Below are positions 41,812 to 50,363 of a stretch of DNA of 64,000 nucleotides, piece by piece; position 1 is the first letter of the stretch, and every line of letters begins with the position of its first letter. Source of the DNA: Anaerolineales bacterium (GTDB lineage: Bacteria > Chloroflexota > Anaerolineae > Anaerolineales > UBA11579); assembly GCA_019637755.1 (NCBI GenBank), contig JAHBVC010000001.1, positions 770,480-834,479 on the forward strand, in the 5' to 3' direction. Below the pieces are notes generated by a model. The model did no database searches. It worked only from the letters and a program-made list of their open reading frames with translations, and was not told where the DNA came from. Made by a program: the position numbers and the translations under genes.

Positions 41812-42945
41812 ATGGCTCAAGCGCAATCTCAAACCGAAACACGCCCCATGACCGAGGAAGGCGATTTTCTGCCCATTCAAGGCATAGACCATATACATTT
41901 TTACGTAGGCAATGCCAAGCACGCCATGCACTACTGGTGGAAGGGCCTCGGCTTCAAGCCGGTGGCATATTCCGGCCTGGAAACTGGCAACCGTGACTTT
42001 GCCTCCTACGTTTTGGAGTCTGGCAAGATCCGCGTAGTGGTGTCGGCGGCCTATGGCCCCAGCCACGAGATTGCCGGCCACCAGCTGGCGCACGGCGACG
42101 GCGTGAAAGTGGTAGCGCTGCAAGTGGAAGATGTAGAGAAGGCCTACAAAGAGACCACCTCCCGTGGCGGTGTGAGCGCCTGGGCGCCGCGCGAGCAGAA
42201 GGACGAGTTTGGCATCCTGCGCACCTCAGCCATTCGCACCTACGGCGAAGTGCTGCATATGTTCGTCGACCGCAGCGAGTACAAAGGCCCCTATGCGCCC
42301 GGCTACCAGCCGCTGGAAAAAGAAGCCAATAACGCCGGCCTGGCTGCGGTGGACCATATTGTGGGCAACGTGCAGCTGGGCAAGATGAACTACTGGGTGA
42401 ATTTCTATCACCGCGTGATGGGTTTCCGCCAGTTGCAGCACTTTGATGACCAGGACATCAGCACGGAGTATTCAGCTTTGATGTCTAAAGTGATGGAGAA
42501 CGGCAACGGGCGCATTAAGCTGCCCATCAACGAGCCGGCAGATGGCAAGCGCCGCAGCCAGATCGAAGAATACTTGGACTACTACTACGGCCCGGGCGTG
42601 CAGCACCTGGCGCTGTCCACCGGCGACATCATCGAGACGATGACGCAGCTCAAAGAGAATGGCATTGAATTCCTGCGCGTGCCGGATGAGTACTACGCCC
42701 AGTTGCCGGAGCGCGTCGGTGACATCGTCAAGGAACCGCTGGACAAGATCAATGAACTCGGCATCCTGGTGGACCATGATGACGAAGGTTACCTGCTGCA
42801 AGTCTTCTCGCGCCCCATTCAGGACCGCCCCACTTCATTTATTGAGGTAATTCAGCGCCGCGGCAGCCGCGGCTTCGGCAAAGGCAACTTCAAGGCTCTG
42901 TTCGAAGCGCTGGAAGCGGAGCAAGACCGCCGCGGCAATCTGTAG
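41812..42945 (+). CDS. hppD: 4-hydroxyphenylpyruvate dioxygenase
   Basis: 377 aa with two VOC/glyoxalase modules (GIDHIHFYVGNAKHAMHYW.. and AVDHIVGNV..). The C-terminus GFGKGNFKALFEALEAEQDRRGNL is typical of HPPD. Confidence 0.92.
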   Translation: MAQAQSQTETRPMTEEGDFLPIQGIDHIHFYVGNAKHAMHYWWKGLGFKPVAYSGLETGNRDFASYVLESGKIRVVVSAAYGPSHEIAGHQLAHGDGVKVVALQVEDVEKAYKETTSRGGVSAWAPREQKDEFGILRTSAIRTYGEVLHMFVDRSEYKGPYAPGYQPLEKEANNAGLAAVDHIVGNVQLGKMNYWVNFYHRVMGFRQLQHFDDQDISTEYSALMSKVMENGNGRIKLPINEPADGKRRSQIEEYLDYYYGPGVQHLALSTGDIIETMTQLKENGIEFLRVPDEYYAQLPERVGDIVKEPLDKINELGILVDHDDEGYLLQVFSRPIQDRPTSFIEVIQRRGSRGFGKGNFKALFEALEAEQDRRGNL

Positions 42946-42949
42946 GCCG

Positions 42950-43858
42950 ATGCGTTACCTGACCTTTACTGCACCGAATGATGAGCGCCCCCGATTGGGG
43001 GCGCTCATTGCTGAAGACCGCGTGGTCTCGCTGGGGCGCGGCGACCTGCCGCAGGATATGCTGAGCTTCATTCGCTCTGGGGCGGATACCTGGGCGCTGG
43101 CGGCGCAGATTGCGCGTCAGACACAATCGGTGTGGCCGCTGAGCGAGGTGCGCCTGCTAGCGCCGCTGAGCAACCCACCCAGCATTCGTGATGCGTATGC
43201 CTTTGAGCAGCATGTGCGCACCGCCAACCAGAACCGCGGGCGCGAAGTGCCGGCGGAGTGGTACGAGTTCCCCGTCTTTTACTTCACCAACCCCACCACA
43301 GTGTTTGGGCCAGGCGATGAAATCCAAATCCCCAGCTATACGCAGGCGATGGACTATGAGCTGGAAGTGGCAGCCATCATCGGCAAGCCGGGGCGCGATA
43401 TCGCCCCGGAGCAGGCCGTGGAGCACATCTTTGGCTTCACCATCATGAACGATTGGTCGGCCCGCGATATCCAGCGCAAGGAAATGAAGGTGGGGCTTGG
43501 CCCAGCCAAAGGCAAGGACTTTGCCACCAGCCTAGGCCCCGTGATCGTGACGCCAGACGAGCTGGCCGCACATGCCAGCGGGCGGCCGGGAGTGTACTCC
43601 CTGGCGATGAAGGCGCGCGTGAACGGCCAGCAACTCTCGCAGGGCAACTGGGGCGACATTCACTATTCCTTCGGCGAAATCGTGGCGCGCGCCTCGCAGG
43701 GGGTAACTCTACAGCCCGGCGATGTGATCGCCTCGGGCACAGTGGGCACCGGCTGCCTGCTGGAGCTGACCAAGGCCGAAGGCCCGTGGCTGAAGGCGGG
43801 CGATGTAGTGGAGCTGGAGGTGGAGGGGATGGGAGTGCTAGCAAATCGAGTGATCTAG
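42950..43858 (+). CDS. fumarylacetoacetate hydrolase family protein
   Basis: 302 aa. DYELEVAAIIGKPGRDI..IFGFTIMNDWSARDIQ..E...GLGPAKGKDF..PGDVIASGT is the FAH-fold motif set. It lies between hppD and hmgA. Confidence 0.85.
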   Translation: MRYLTFTAPNDERPRLGALIAEDRVVSLGRGDLPQDMLSFIRSGADTWALAAQIARQTQSVWPLSEVRLLAPLSNPPSIRDAYAFEQHVRTANQNRGREVPAEWYEFPVFYFTNPTTVFGPGDEIQIPSYTQAMDYELEVAAIIGKPGRDIAPEQAVEHIFGFTIMNDWSARDIQRKEMKVGLGPAKGKDFATSLGPVIVTPDELAAHASGRPGVYSLAMKARVNGQQLSQGNWGDIHYSFGEIVARASQGVTLQPGDVIASGTVGTGCLLELTKAEGPWLKAGDVVELEVEGMGVLANRVI

Positions 43859-43862
43859 CTAA

Positions 43863-43887
43863 CAGCTATCAGCGGTCAGCTTTCAGC
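43863..43887. repeat. Left arm of a 25-nt inverted repeat flanking the four-helix-bundle gene (CAGCNNN heptad x4)
   Basis: cagctatcagcggtcagctttcagc matches the reverse complement of 44242-44266 at 22 of 25 positions. Confidence 0.7.
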
Positions 43888-43900
43888 TTAAGGAGGGTGA

Positions 43901-44260
43901 GTGAAAGATTTTCGCAAGTTGCAAGTATGGGAGAAATCTCATCTATTCGCGCTTCACGTTTACAAGGCCACCGCACAGTTTCCAGCCGCAGAACTATACG
44001 GACTTACCAGCCAGCTTAGGCGAGCCGCTGTGTCTGTTCCCTCGAATATCGCCGAGGGCGTGGGGCGCGGCAGTGATGCTGATATGCGTCGGTTCTTGCA
44101 GATAGCCTTTGGATCAGCCAGTGAGATCGAGTATCAGCTGCTGCTTGCATTTGAGCTAAAATTCCTTAATAGTGAGCAACATACGCTGCTCAATCAAGAC
44201 ATAACCGAAGTCAAGAAGATGCTCAGTTCGCTCATTCGCAAGCTGAAGGCTGACAGCTGA
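43901..44260 (+). CDS. four-helix-bundle protein (23S rRNA intervening-sequence protein / Avd-like family)
   Basis: GTG start behind AAGGAGGG. The product MKDFRKLQVWEKSHLFALHVYKATAQFPAAELYGLTSQLRRAAVSVPSNIAEGVGRGSDADMRRFLQIAFGSASEIEYQLLLA is the classic signature. The gene is visibly more AT-rich than its neighbours. Confidence 0.88.
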   Translation: MKDFRKLQVWEKSHLFALHVYKATAQFPAAELYGLTSQLRRAAVSVPSNIAEGVGRGSDADMRRFLQIAFGSASEIEYQLLLAFELKFLNSEQHTLLNQDITEVKKMLSSLIRKLKADS

Positions 44261-44266
44261 TTGCTG
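44242..44266. repeat. Right arm of the inverted repeat (overlaps the last codons and the TGA of the four-helix-bundle gene)
   Basis: The sequence is gctgaaggctgacagctgattgctg. Its reverse complement is cagcaatcagctgtcagccttcagc. Confidence 0.7.
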
Positions 44267-44279
44267 AAAGGACTTAAAA

Positions 44280-45446
44280 ATGCCCTTCTACCACTCCCTC
44301 GGTGAATTTCCGCAAAAGCGCCATACCCAGTTCCGCAAGCCCAATGGCAACCTGTATCGTGAAGAAGTAATGGGTTTGGAGGGCTTTTCTGGCATCCAAT
44401 CCCTGCTGTATCACCACTTCTTGCCCCCGCGCATCAAAAACGTAGAGCTTCTCGGCAGTGCCAAGCCCGAATATGTCGACTTTGGCGCCATTCGCCACCG
44501 CGCCTTCCGCACCGCCGATATCCCGGCGGGCGGCGACCCGGTAGCGGCGCGCCGTGTAGTGCTGGGCAACAATGACGTCACCATGAGCCTCAGCCGCCCC
44601 ACCAAGAGCATGGACTATTTCTATCGCAACGCGCAGGCTTATGAGTGCTGGTTCGTGCACGAGGGCAGCGGCGTGCTGCGCAGCCAGTTTGGTGTACTGG
44701 AGTTCAAGGCTGGCGATTACGTGGTCATTCCCTTCGGCACCACCTGGAAGCTGGAAATCTCTGGGCCGGAGGCACGCTTCTTCGTCATCGAAACGCCATC
44801 GCACATTGAGCCGCCGCGCCGCTACCGCAACGAATACGGCCAACTGCTGGAGCACGCCCCCTACACCGAGCGCGACATCCGCGTACCAACCCATCTGGAT
44901 ACGCACACGGACCGCGGCGAATTTGAAGTGCGCGTCAAAGTGCGTGACACGATCAGCCGCCATGTACTTGACCATCACCCGCATGATGTTGTGGGCTGGG
45001 ATGGCTACTTGTACCCGTGGATCTTCAACATCAACGACTACGAGCCGCATGTAGGCGCGCTGCATTTGCCCCCGCCTACGCACCAGACCTTTCAGGGGCG
45101 CAATTTTGTATTGTGCTCGTTTGTGCCACGCCTGTACGACTTCCACCCGGATGCGATTCCGGCGCCCTACAACCACTCGAACGTGCAATCGGACGAGGTG
45201 ATTTACTACGCCGAGGGCGAGTTCATGTCTCGCAAGGGCATTGACCGCTGTGATATTTCTATGCACCCCTTCGGCCTGCCGCACGGCCCGCAGCCCGGCG
45301 CCACCGAGGCTTCGATCGGCAAGAAGCGCACGGATGAGCTGGCCGTGATGGTGGATACCTTCCACCCGCTGCACCTCACCACGGATGCACTCGAGATGGA
45401 AAAGCCAGAGTATCAAGACAGTTGGATGGACGGAGACGGAGAGTAA
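44280..45446 (+). CDS. hmgA: homogentisate 1,2-dioxygenase (short Firmicutes/Chloroflexi-type)
   Basis: The N-terminus is MPFYHSLGEFPQKRHTQFRKPNGNLYREEVMGLEGFSGIQSLLYHHFLPPR. The protein has a cupin fold, and the antisense 426-aa ORF is a shadow. Confidence 0.88.
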   Translation: MPFYHSLGEFPQKRHTQFRKPNGNLYREEVMGLEGFSGIQSLLYHHFLPPRIKNVELLGSAKPEYVDFGAIRHRAFRTADIPAGGDPVAARRVVLGNNDVTMSLSRPTKSMDYFYRNAQAYECWFVHEGSGVLRSQFGVLEFKAGDYVVIPFGTTWKLEISGPEARFFVIETPSHIEPPRRYRNEYGQLLEHAPYTERDIRVPTHLDTHTDRGEFEVRVKVRDTISRHVLDHHPHDVVGWDGYLYPWIFNINDYEPHVGALHLPPPTHQTFQGRNFVLCSFVPRLYDFHPDAIPAPYNHSNVQSDEVIYYAEGEFMSRKGIDRCDISMHPFGLPHGPQPGATEASIGKKRTDELAVMVDTFHPLHLTTDALEMEKPEYQDSWMDGDGE

Positions 45447-46091
45447 ATGAAAGGCAACACCCTCACTCGCAACATTGCGCACCTGGCGCTGGCCGCCGGG
45501 CTTGCGCTGGTAGCGCTGCTGCTCGCCAGCATTCTGCAGGGCTCGGCTGATCAATCATATGAAGGCTTCCAGGCTCCTGCGCACTACGCCGACATGCTGC
45601 TGGCCAACGAGGCCAGCGTACGCACCTATGTAGCCATCGACAGCTTTTTTGTGTTGTTTTACAGCGCGCTGTTCATTCTGCTGGCAATTGCGCTTAAAAA
45701 TGCGGATAACGTATGGCTGGTAGCGGCAGGCTTGGTAGCGTTGCTGGTCACCAGTTACCTGGATATTCACGAGAACAATGAGCTGCTCGTGTTCTTGCGT
45801 ATGGCTGGGCAAGGCATACCCCCCAGCGTGGAGATGATCCATTCGCGGGCCTTGTGGAGCGCGGTCAAGTTCCAGAGCAGCTACCTGAGCTTCTTCCTGT
45901 TTGCCTTCGTACTGCCGGATAAGACTGTGTGGGAGCGCGTGCTGCGCTGGGGGCTGTGGCTGGGCTATGTGCCCGCCGGCATTTTGGTCTACGCCTTCCC
46001 CAGCCCGTGGTTTGAGCTGGCACGCTTCTTCTTCATGCTCTTCGGCCTGTTCATGCTGGCGTGGACCTTCCATCAGCGCGCCAAGAAGTAG
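45447..46091 (+). CDS. Polytopic membrane protein of unknown function
   Basis: 214 aa with about five hydrophobic helices. The ATG abuts the hmgA stop (TAAATG). Confidence 0.55.
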   Translation: MKGNTLTRNIAHLALAAGLALVALLLASILQGSADQSYEGFQAPAHYADMLLANEASVRTYVAIDSFFVLFYSALFILLAIALKNADNVWLVAAGLVALLVTSYLDIHENNELLVFLRMAGQGIPPSVEMIHSRALWSAVKFQSSYLSFFLFAFVLPDKTVWERVLRWGLWLGYVPAGILVYAFPSPWFELARFFFMLFGLFMLAWTFHQRAKK

Positions 46092-46096
46092 CCTGT

Positions 46097-46732
46097 ATGC
46101 ATATCGATCCAAAGACCGCGCCCGCCGGCGCGCTGAGTAAAGTCATCAACGGCTGCGTTGTACCGCGCCCGATTGCCTGGGTGTCCAGCGTAGATGCGGC
46201 GGGCATACACAATTTGGCGCCTTTTTCGTTCTTCAACGTAGCTGCCCATAACCCGCCCACCCTGCTTTTTTGCGCCGAGGTGCGCGGCACGGATGGCGGC
46301 GTCAAGGACACCTACAACAACATTTTGGCCACCAAAGAGTACGCGATCAACATCGTCAACGAAGACCTGGCCGAGGCCATGAACCTGAGCTCCACCGAAC
46401 TGCCCCCCGAGGGCGATGAGTTCGCACTCGCCGGGCTGACGCCTGCGCCCAGCGTGCGCGTGCGTGCCCCGCGCGTGGCGGAGAGCCCGGCCAGCTTTGA
46501 ATGTGTGCTAAGCCAGGTGGTGCCCGTGGGGGATGGGACGCCGGGCTCCTCGTGGATCATCCTCGGCGAGGTGGTGCACATCCACATTGCCGATGAGATC
46601 ATCAACGAGAAGTTCTACATCGACGCTCAGAAGCTGCGCGCCATTGGCCGCCTGTCTGGCTTCGGCTATACCCGCACCACGGATACCTTTGACATGCAGC
46701 GCCCACCCTCTCAACTTGTGAGCAAGCCATGA
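46097..46732 (+). CDS. flavin reductase-like FMN-binding split-barrel protein
   Basis: The start is at ATG 46097 (MHIDPKTAP). GCVVPRPIAWVSSVDAAGIHNLAPFSFFNVAAHNPPTLLFC is the family motif. Confidence 0.8.
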   Translation: MHIDPKTAPAGALSKVINGCVVPRPIAWVSSVDAAGIHNLAPFSFFNVAAHNPPTLLFCAEVRGTDGGVKDTYNNILATKEYAINIVNEDLAEAMNLSSTELPPEGDEFALAGLTPAPSVRVRAPRVAESPASFECVLSQVVPVGDGTPGSSWIILGEVVHIHIADEIINEKFYIDAQKLRAIGRLSGFGYTRTTDTFDMQRPPSQLVSKP

Positions 46733-47871
46733 CCCTTATCGATAGCATCAGACTCTGGATGGATACCCATGCCAGCAGCGCCCCTTGGGTGGTGCTGGGT
46801 GCAGTGATCTTCAGTTTCCTCTTTGCGCGCTATATCGTCGGGCGCGGCCTGGTGTGGCTTACTCGCCACACGCAAAACCAATGGGATGACGTGCTGGTGC
46901 AGCACATGCGCCCCAATCGCCTGGCCTGGGTTGCTCCCTTGGCTGTGGTGTATGCCTTCGCCTACCTGTGGCCGCAGCTAGCCGACGGCCTGCAAATGGG
47001 CAGCCTGTTCCTCATGCTGTGGATCCTGGTGCTGACCTTGAATGCCGTGCTCTCGGCGGCCAACGCCATCTACGAAAGCCGCGCCAATTACTCTGGCGTG
47101 CCGATCCAGGGCTATCTCGACCTGGGCAAGATCGTTTTCATGGGCGTTGGCGTGATCCTCAGCCTCTCCATATTTACCGGGCGCTCGCCTCTGCTGCTGC
47201 TGGGCGGGCTGGGTGCGCTGACCGCCATTCTCTTACTCATCTTCCAGGATACGATCCTGGCCCTGGTAGCCAGCGTACAGATCGCTGCCAACGATCTGGT
47301 TAAAGAAGGCGATTGGATCGAAGTGCCCGCCTTTGACGCCGATGGCGATGTGGCCAACATGTCGTTGCATACCATCAAGATCCAGAACTTCGATATGACC
47401 TTTACGGTCATCCCCACCCACAAGCTACTGGATGTTTCGTTCAAGAACTGGCGCGGCATGAGCCAGAGCGGTGGCCGCCGGGTGAAACGTGCCATCTCGC
47501 TGGGTATTCAAAGCGTACGCTTCTGCACCGATGAAGAAAAGATCCAGCTTCAGCAGATTGACCTGCTGCGTGATTTCTTTTCCAACCAACCAGGCCAGCT
47601 CACCAATGTCTCCGTGTTTATGGCATATGTGGACCGTTACCTGCGCCAACGGCCGGATGTAAAAAAGGATCAGACCATTCTGGTGCGCCAGCTCGACCCC
47701 GGGCCGACTGGCCTGCCGATCGAGATCTACGTCTTCACCACCACCACCGCCTGGGAGGCATACGAAGCTATTCAGGCCAGTATTTTTGATCATCTGCTGG
47801 CCATCGTGCCGCAGTTTGGGTTGCGCGTCTTTCAAAACCCCACCGGGGCCAACTTTTCCAGTTGGCAGTAG
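46729..47871 (+). CDS. mechanosensitive ion channel family protein (MscS-like)
   Basis: The pore helix and beta domain are LLIFQDTILALVASVQIAANDLVKEGDWIEV..DVANMSLHTIKIQNFD. The start overlaps the previous stop (ATGA). Confidence 0.85.
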   Translation: MTLIDSIRLWMDTHASSAPWVVLGAVIFSFLFARYIVGRGLVWLTRHTQNQWDDVLVQHMRPNRLAWVAPLAVVYAFAYLWPQLADGLQMGSLFLMLWILVLTLNAVLSAANAIYESRANYSGVPIQGYLDLGKIVFMGVGVILSLSIFTGRSPLLLLGGLGALTAILLLIFQDTILALVASVQIAANDLVKEGDWIEVPAFDADGDVANMSLHTIKIQNFDMTFTVIPTHKLLDVSFKNWRGMSQSGGRRVKRAISLGIQSVRFCTDEEKIQLQQIDLLRDFFSNQPGQLTNVSVFMAYVDRYLRQRPDVKKDQTILVRQLDPGPTGLPIEIYVFTTTTAWEAYEAIQASIFDHLLAIVPQFGLRVFQNPTGANFSSWQ

Positions 47872-47888
47872 CCGCGCCCGTTATGCAC

Positions 47889-47920
47889 GAAAAAACTCGC
47901 CTTACTGGCGAGTTTTTTCG
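47889..47920 (+). terminator. Rho-independent terminator after the MscS gene
   Basis: aaaaaactcgcc-ttact-ggcgagtttttt. Confidence 0.82.
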
Positions 47921-47923
47921 TTC

Positions 47924-47932
47924 TGATACAAT
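47924..47932 (+). promoter_or_regulatory. Extended -10 element (TGaTACAAT) for pepF
   Basis: tgatacaat at 47924-47932. The AAGGAAA RBS and the ATG at 47966 follow. Confidence 0.45.
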
Positions 47933-47965
47933 CCGTCCACTATCGGTACTGTAAAAAGGAAACCT

Positions 47966-49912
47966 ATGGCCCCCAAGAAAAAAGTCACCAAAAAGACCGC
48001 CAAGAAAGCTGCCCCCAAGCCTAAGGCGAAAGCGCCCAAGAAAATGATCCGCAAGGCGGCCAGCAAACCCAAGGCCGCTGCCAAGCGCAAAGCCAATCTG
48101 GGCAGTGTGCCGCGCTGGGATCTGAGCAATGTCTACCCTGGCCTGGAAAGCGCCGCCTTCCAGGCGGCGGTGACAGAGCTCTCGGCGCAACTGGATGGCA
48201 TTGACGCCTATCTGGTGGAGCAGCGCATCGAAAAGCACGCCGCCGGGCCGCTGCAAACCAGCAGCGACGCGCAAGCGCAGGTGCTGGCCGCGGTACTGGA
48301 CAAGATGAACGCGGCCATGCGCCTGTACGGCACGCTGAACGCCTACATCGCCTCGTTCACCACCACCGATTCGTTCAACCAGACCGCCCGCCGCATCGAA
48401 TCCGAGGTGGAGCAATACGGCGTGCGGTTACGCAAGATCGATGTGAGTGTGCGCGGCTGGGTAGGCAGCCTGAGCGCCGGCCAACTGGCCGAGCTGACCC
48501 GCCGCCCCGGCACGTTGGCGGAGCACAGCTTCTACCTGCAAGAGATGCACGCCCAGAGCGGCTACCTGATGGACGCCAAAGAGGAAGCCCTGGCGGCTGA
48601 GCTCTCGCTCAGCGGCTCCAACGCGTGGGGCAAGCTGCAGAACACCACCAATTCGCAACTGAGCGTGGAATTCAAGCTGGATGGCAGACTGCAAAAGCTG
48701 CCCATGCCGGCGCTGATCAACCTGCGCAGCCATGCAGACCCTGAAGTACGCCGCCGCGGCTACGAAGCGGAGATTGCCGCGTTTGACACGGTGAAGGAAG
48801 TGTATGCCGCGGCGATGAACGGCGTTAAAGGCGAAGTGAATACGCTTAACCAGCGCCGCGGGCGCAGTGATGCCCTGCATGCCTCGATCGATACGTCCCG
48901 CATCGATCGCCAGACCCTGGACGCCATGATGGAAGCGATGCAAGACAGCTTCCCCACCTTCCGGCGCTACTTCAAGGCCAAGGCCAAGCGCCTGGGCAAA
49001 AAATCGCTGGCCTGGTGGGATCTGTTCGCGCCGATGGGCAGCATGGATCGCACCTATACCTATCAGCAGGCGCGTGATTTCATCCTCGAGCAGTTTGGCA
49101 ACTTCTCCCCCGATCTGCAGGCGCTGGCCCAACGCGCCTTTGACAACAACTGGATCGACGCCGAGATGCGTGAGGGCAAGAGCGCAGGCGCCTTCTGCAT
49201 GGAAGTGCCCGGTGTGGATGAATCACGCATTCTGGCCAACTTTGATGGCTCGATGGACCAACTGAGCACCCTGGCCCACGAGCTGGGGCACGCCTATCAC
49301 AACGAATGCCTGGTGGGCAAGACCTACCTGCAGGCGACCACCCCGATGACGCTGGCCGAAACCGCTTCGATCATGTGCGAGACGATCATCAATAACGCTT
49401 CGCTCAAGCTGGCGCAAACCCCGGGCGAGAAGCTGGCGATCCTTGAGAACCAACTGCTCAACGCTTCGCAGGTGGTGGTGGATATCACCTCGCGCTTCCT
49501 GTTCGAGAAGGAAGTTTTCGAACGCCGCGCCAAAGCTGAACTCTCCGCCGATGAGCTGTGCGAGATCATGGAACGTGCCCAGTTGGCCACCTATGGCGAT
49601 GGCCTGGACCCGAAGCAACTGCATAAGTACATGTGGACCTGGAAACCGCACTACTACTATGCGGGTTTCTCGTTCTACAACTACCCCTATGCCTTTGGCC
49701 TGCTGTTCGGCACCGGGCTGTATGCAATTTACCAGCAGCGTGGCGCCGAATTCACCAAGGATTACCGCGACCTGCTGGCCAGCACCGGCCTGGGGGATGC
49801 GGCCACCTTGGCACAACGCTTTGGCATCAACATTCGCGAGAAGAAATTCTGGCAAGACAGCCTGGCGGTGATCGGCCAGCAAATTGAGGAGTACGTCAAC
49901 CTCAAGGCCTAG
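47966..49912 (+). CDS. pepF: M3B oligoendopeptidase F with a Lys/Ala/Pro-rich N-terminal tail
   Basis: The HELGHAYHNE zinc motif is present. The body aligns with PepF (WDLSNVYPGLESAAFQAAV...), and the first 44 aa are MAPKKKVTKKTAKKAAPKPKAKAPKKMIRKAASKPKAAAKRKAN. Confidence 0.88.
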   Translation: MAPKKKVTKKTAKKAAPKPKAKAPKKMIRKAASKPKAAAKRKANLGSVPRWDLSNVYPGLESAAFQAAVTELSAQLDGIDAYLVEQRIEKHAAGPLQTSSDAQAQVLAAVLDKMNAAMRLYGTLNAYIASFTTTDSFNQTARRIESEVEQYGVRLRKIDVSVRGWVGSLSAGQLAELTRRPGTLAEHSFYLQEMHAQSGYLMDAKEEALAAELSLSGSNAWGKLQNTTNSQLSVEFKLDGRLQKLPMPALINLRSHADPEVRRRGYEAEIAAFDTVKEVYAAAMNGVKGEVNTLNQRRGRSDALHASIDTSRIDRQTLDAMMEAMQDSFPTFRRYFKAKAKRLGKKSLAWWDLFAPMGSMDRTYTYQQARDFILEQFGNFSPDLQALAQRAFDNNWIDAEMREGKSAGAFCMEVPGVDESRILANFDGSMDQLSTLAHELGHAYHNECLVGKTYLQATTPMTLAETASIMCETIINNASLKLAQTPGEKLAILENQLLNASQVVVDITSRFLFEKEVFERRAKAELSADELCEIMERAQLATYGDGLDPKQLHKYMWTWKPHYYYAGFSFYNYPYAFGLLFGTGLYAIYQQRGAEFTKDYRDLLASTGLGDAATLAQRFGINIREKKFWQDSLAVIGQQIEEYVNLKA

Positions 49913-49930
49913 CCCTGTGCTACGTACAAG

Positions 49931-49959
49931 AAAGCCCGCCATTCTGGCGGGCTTTTTTT
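49931..49959. terminator. Bidirectional terminator between convergent pepF and the TadE-like genes
   Basis: aaagcccgcc-attct-ggcgggcttttttt. Confidence 0.75.
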
Positions 49960-50362
49960 ATGGGCAGGTGGCGCGCAGTATTGTGCTCGTGGATGAAGCC
50001 GAAAGGGGTATGGTTTGGGTGCCCAGGATAGCCCCAACAAATGGCATGGTGAGTTGGAACTGCTGGGTTACGGTAACCGTCAGCGACTGGCCGGCCACAT
50101 TTCCGCCCGGCCGGGCTACATTGACAGTAATGTTCAGATTCTCTGAGCTACTGCGGGCTCGATTGGCGATGGGCGTATCGGTAGTGGGGCAAAAGGAGCC
50201 GAAGATAGCGCCCTCTTCCGCAGCTTCGCGCAGCGAGATCATAGCAAAGTAGGCGCGCCCGAGGTCTACCCCTACGGCCAACACCAGCACCAGCACCACA
50301 AAAGAAATGGCTAGCTCGGTCAAACTTTGGCCACGTTCACGCGGACAATTGGGAGTGCGCAT
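49958..50362 (-). CDS. TadE/TadG-like pilus-assembly (pseudopilin-like) protein
   Basis: The start is at ATG (complement of 50360-50362), giving MRTPNCPRERGQSLTELAISFVVLVLVLAVGVDLGRAYF (TadE N-terminal motif). The longer track ORF overlaps the upstream gene. Confidence 0.7.
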   Translation of the reverse strand: MRTPNCPRERGQSLTELAISFVVLVLVLAVGVDLGRAYFAMISLREAAEEGAIFGSFCPTTDTPIANRARSSSENLNITVNVARPGGNVAGQSLTVTVTQQFQLTMPFVGAILGTQTIPLSASSTSTILRATCP

Positions 50363-50363
50363 G

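Noticed and set aside
43901-44260. Four-helix-bundle gene as the Avd component of a diversity-generating retroelement.
   Set aside because: There is no reverse transcriptase gene, and I saw no template/variable repeat pair anywhere in the window. A stand-alone IVS-type cassette is the simpler reading.
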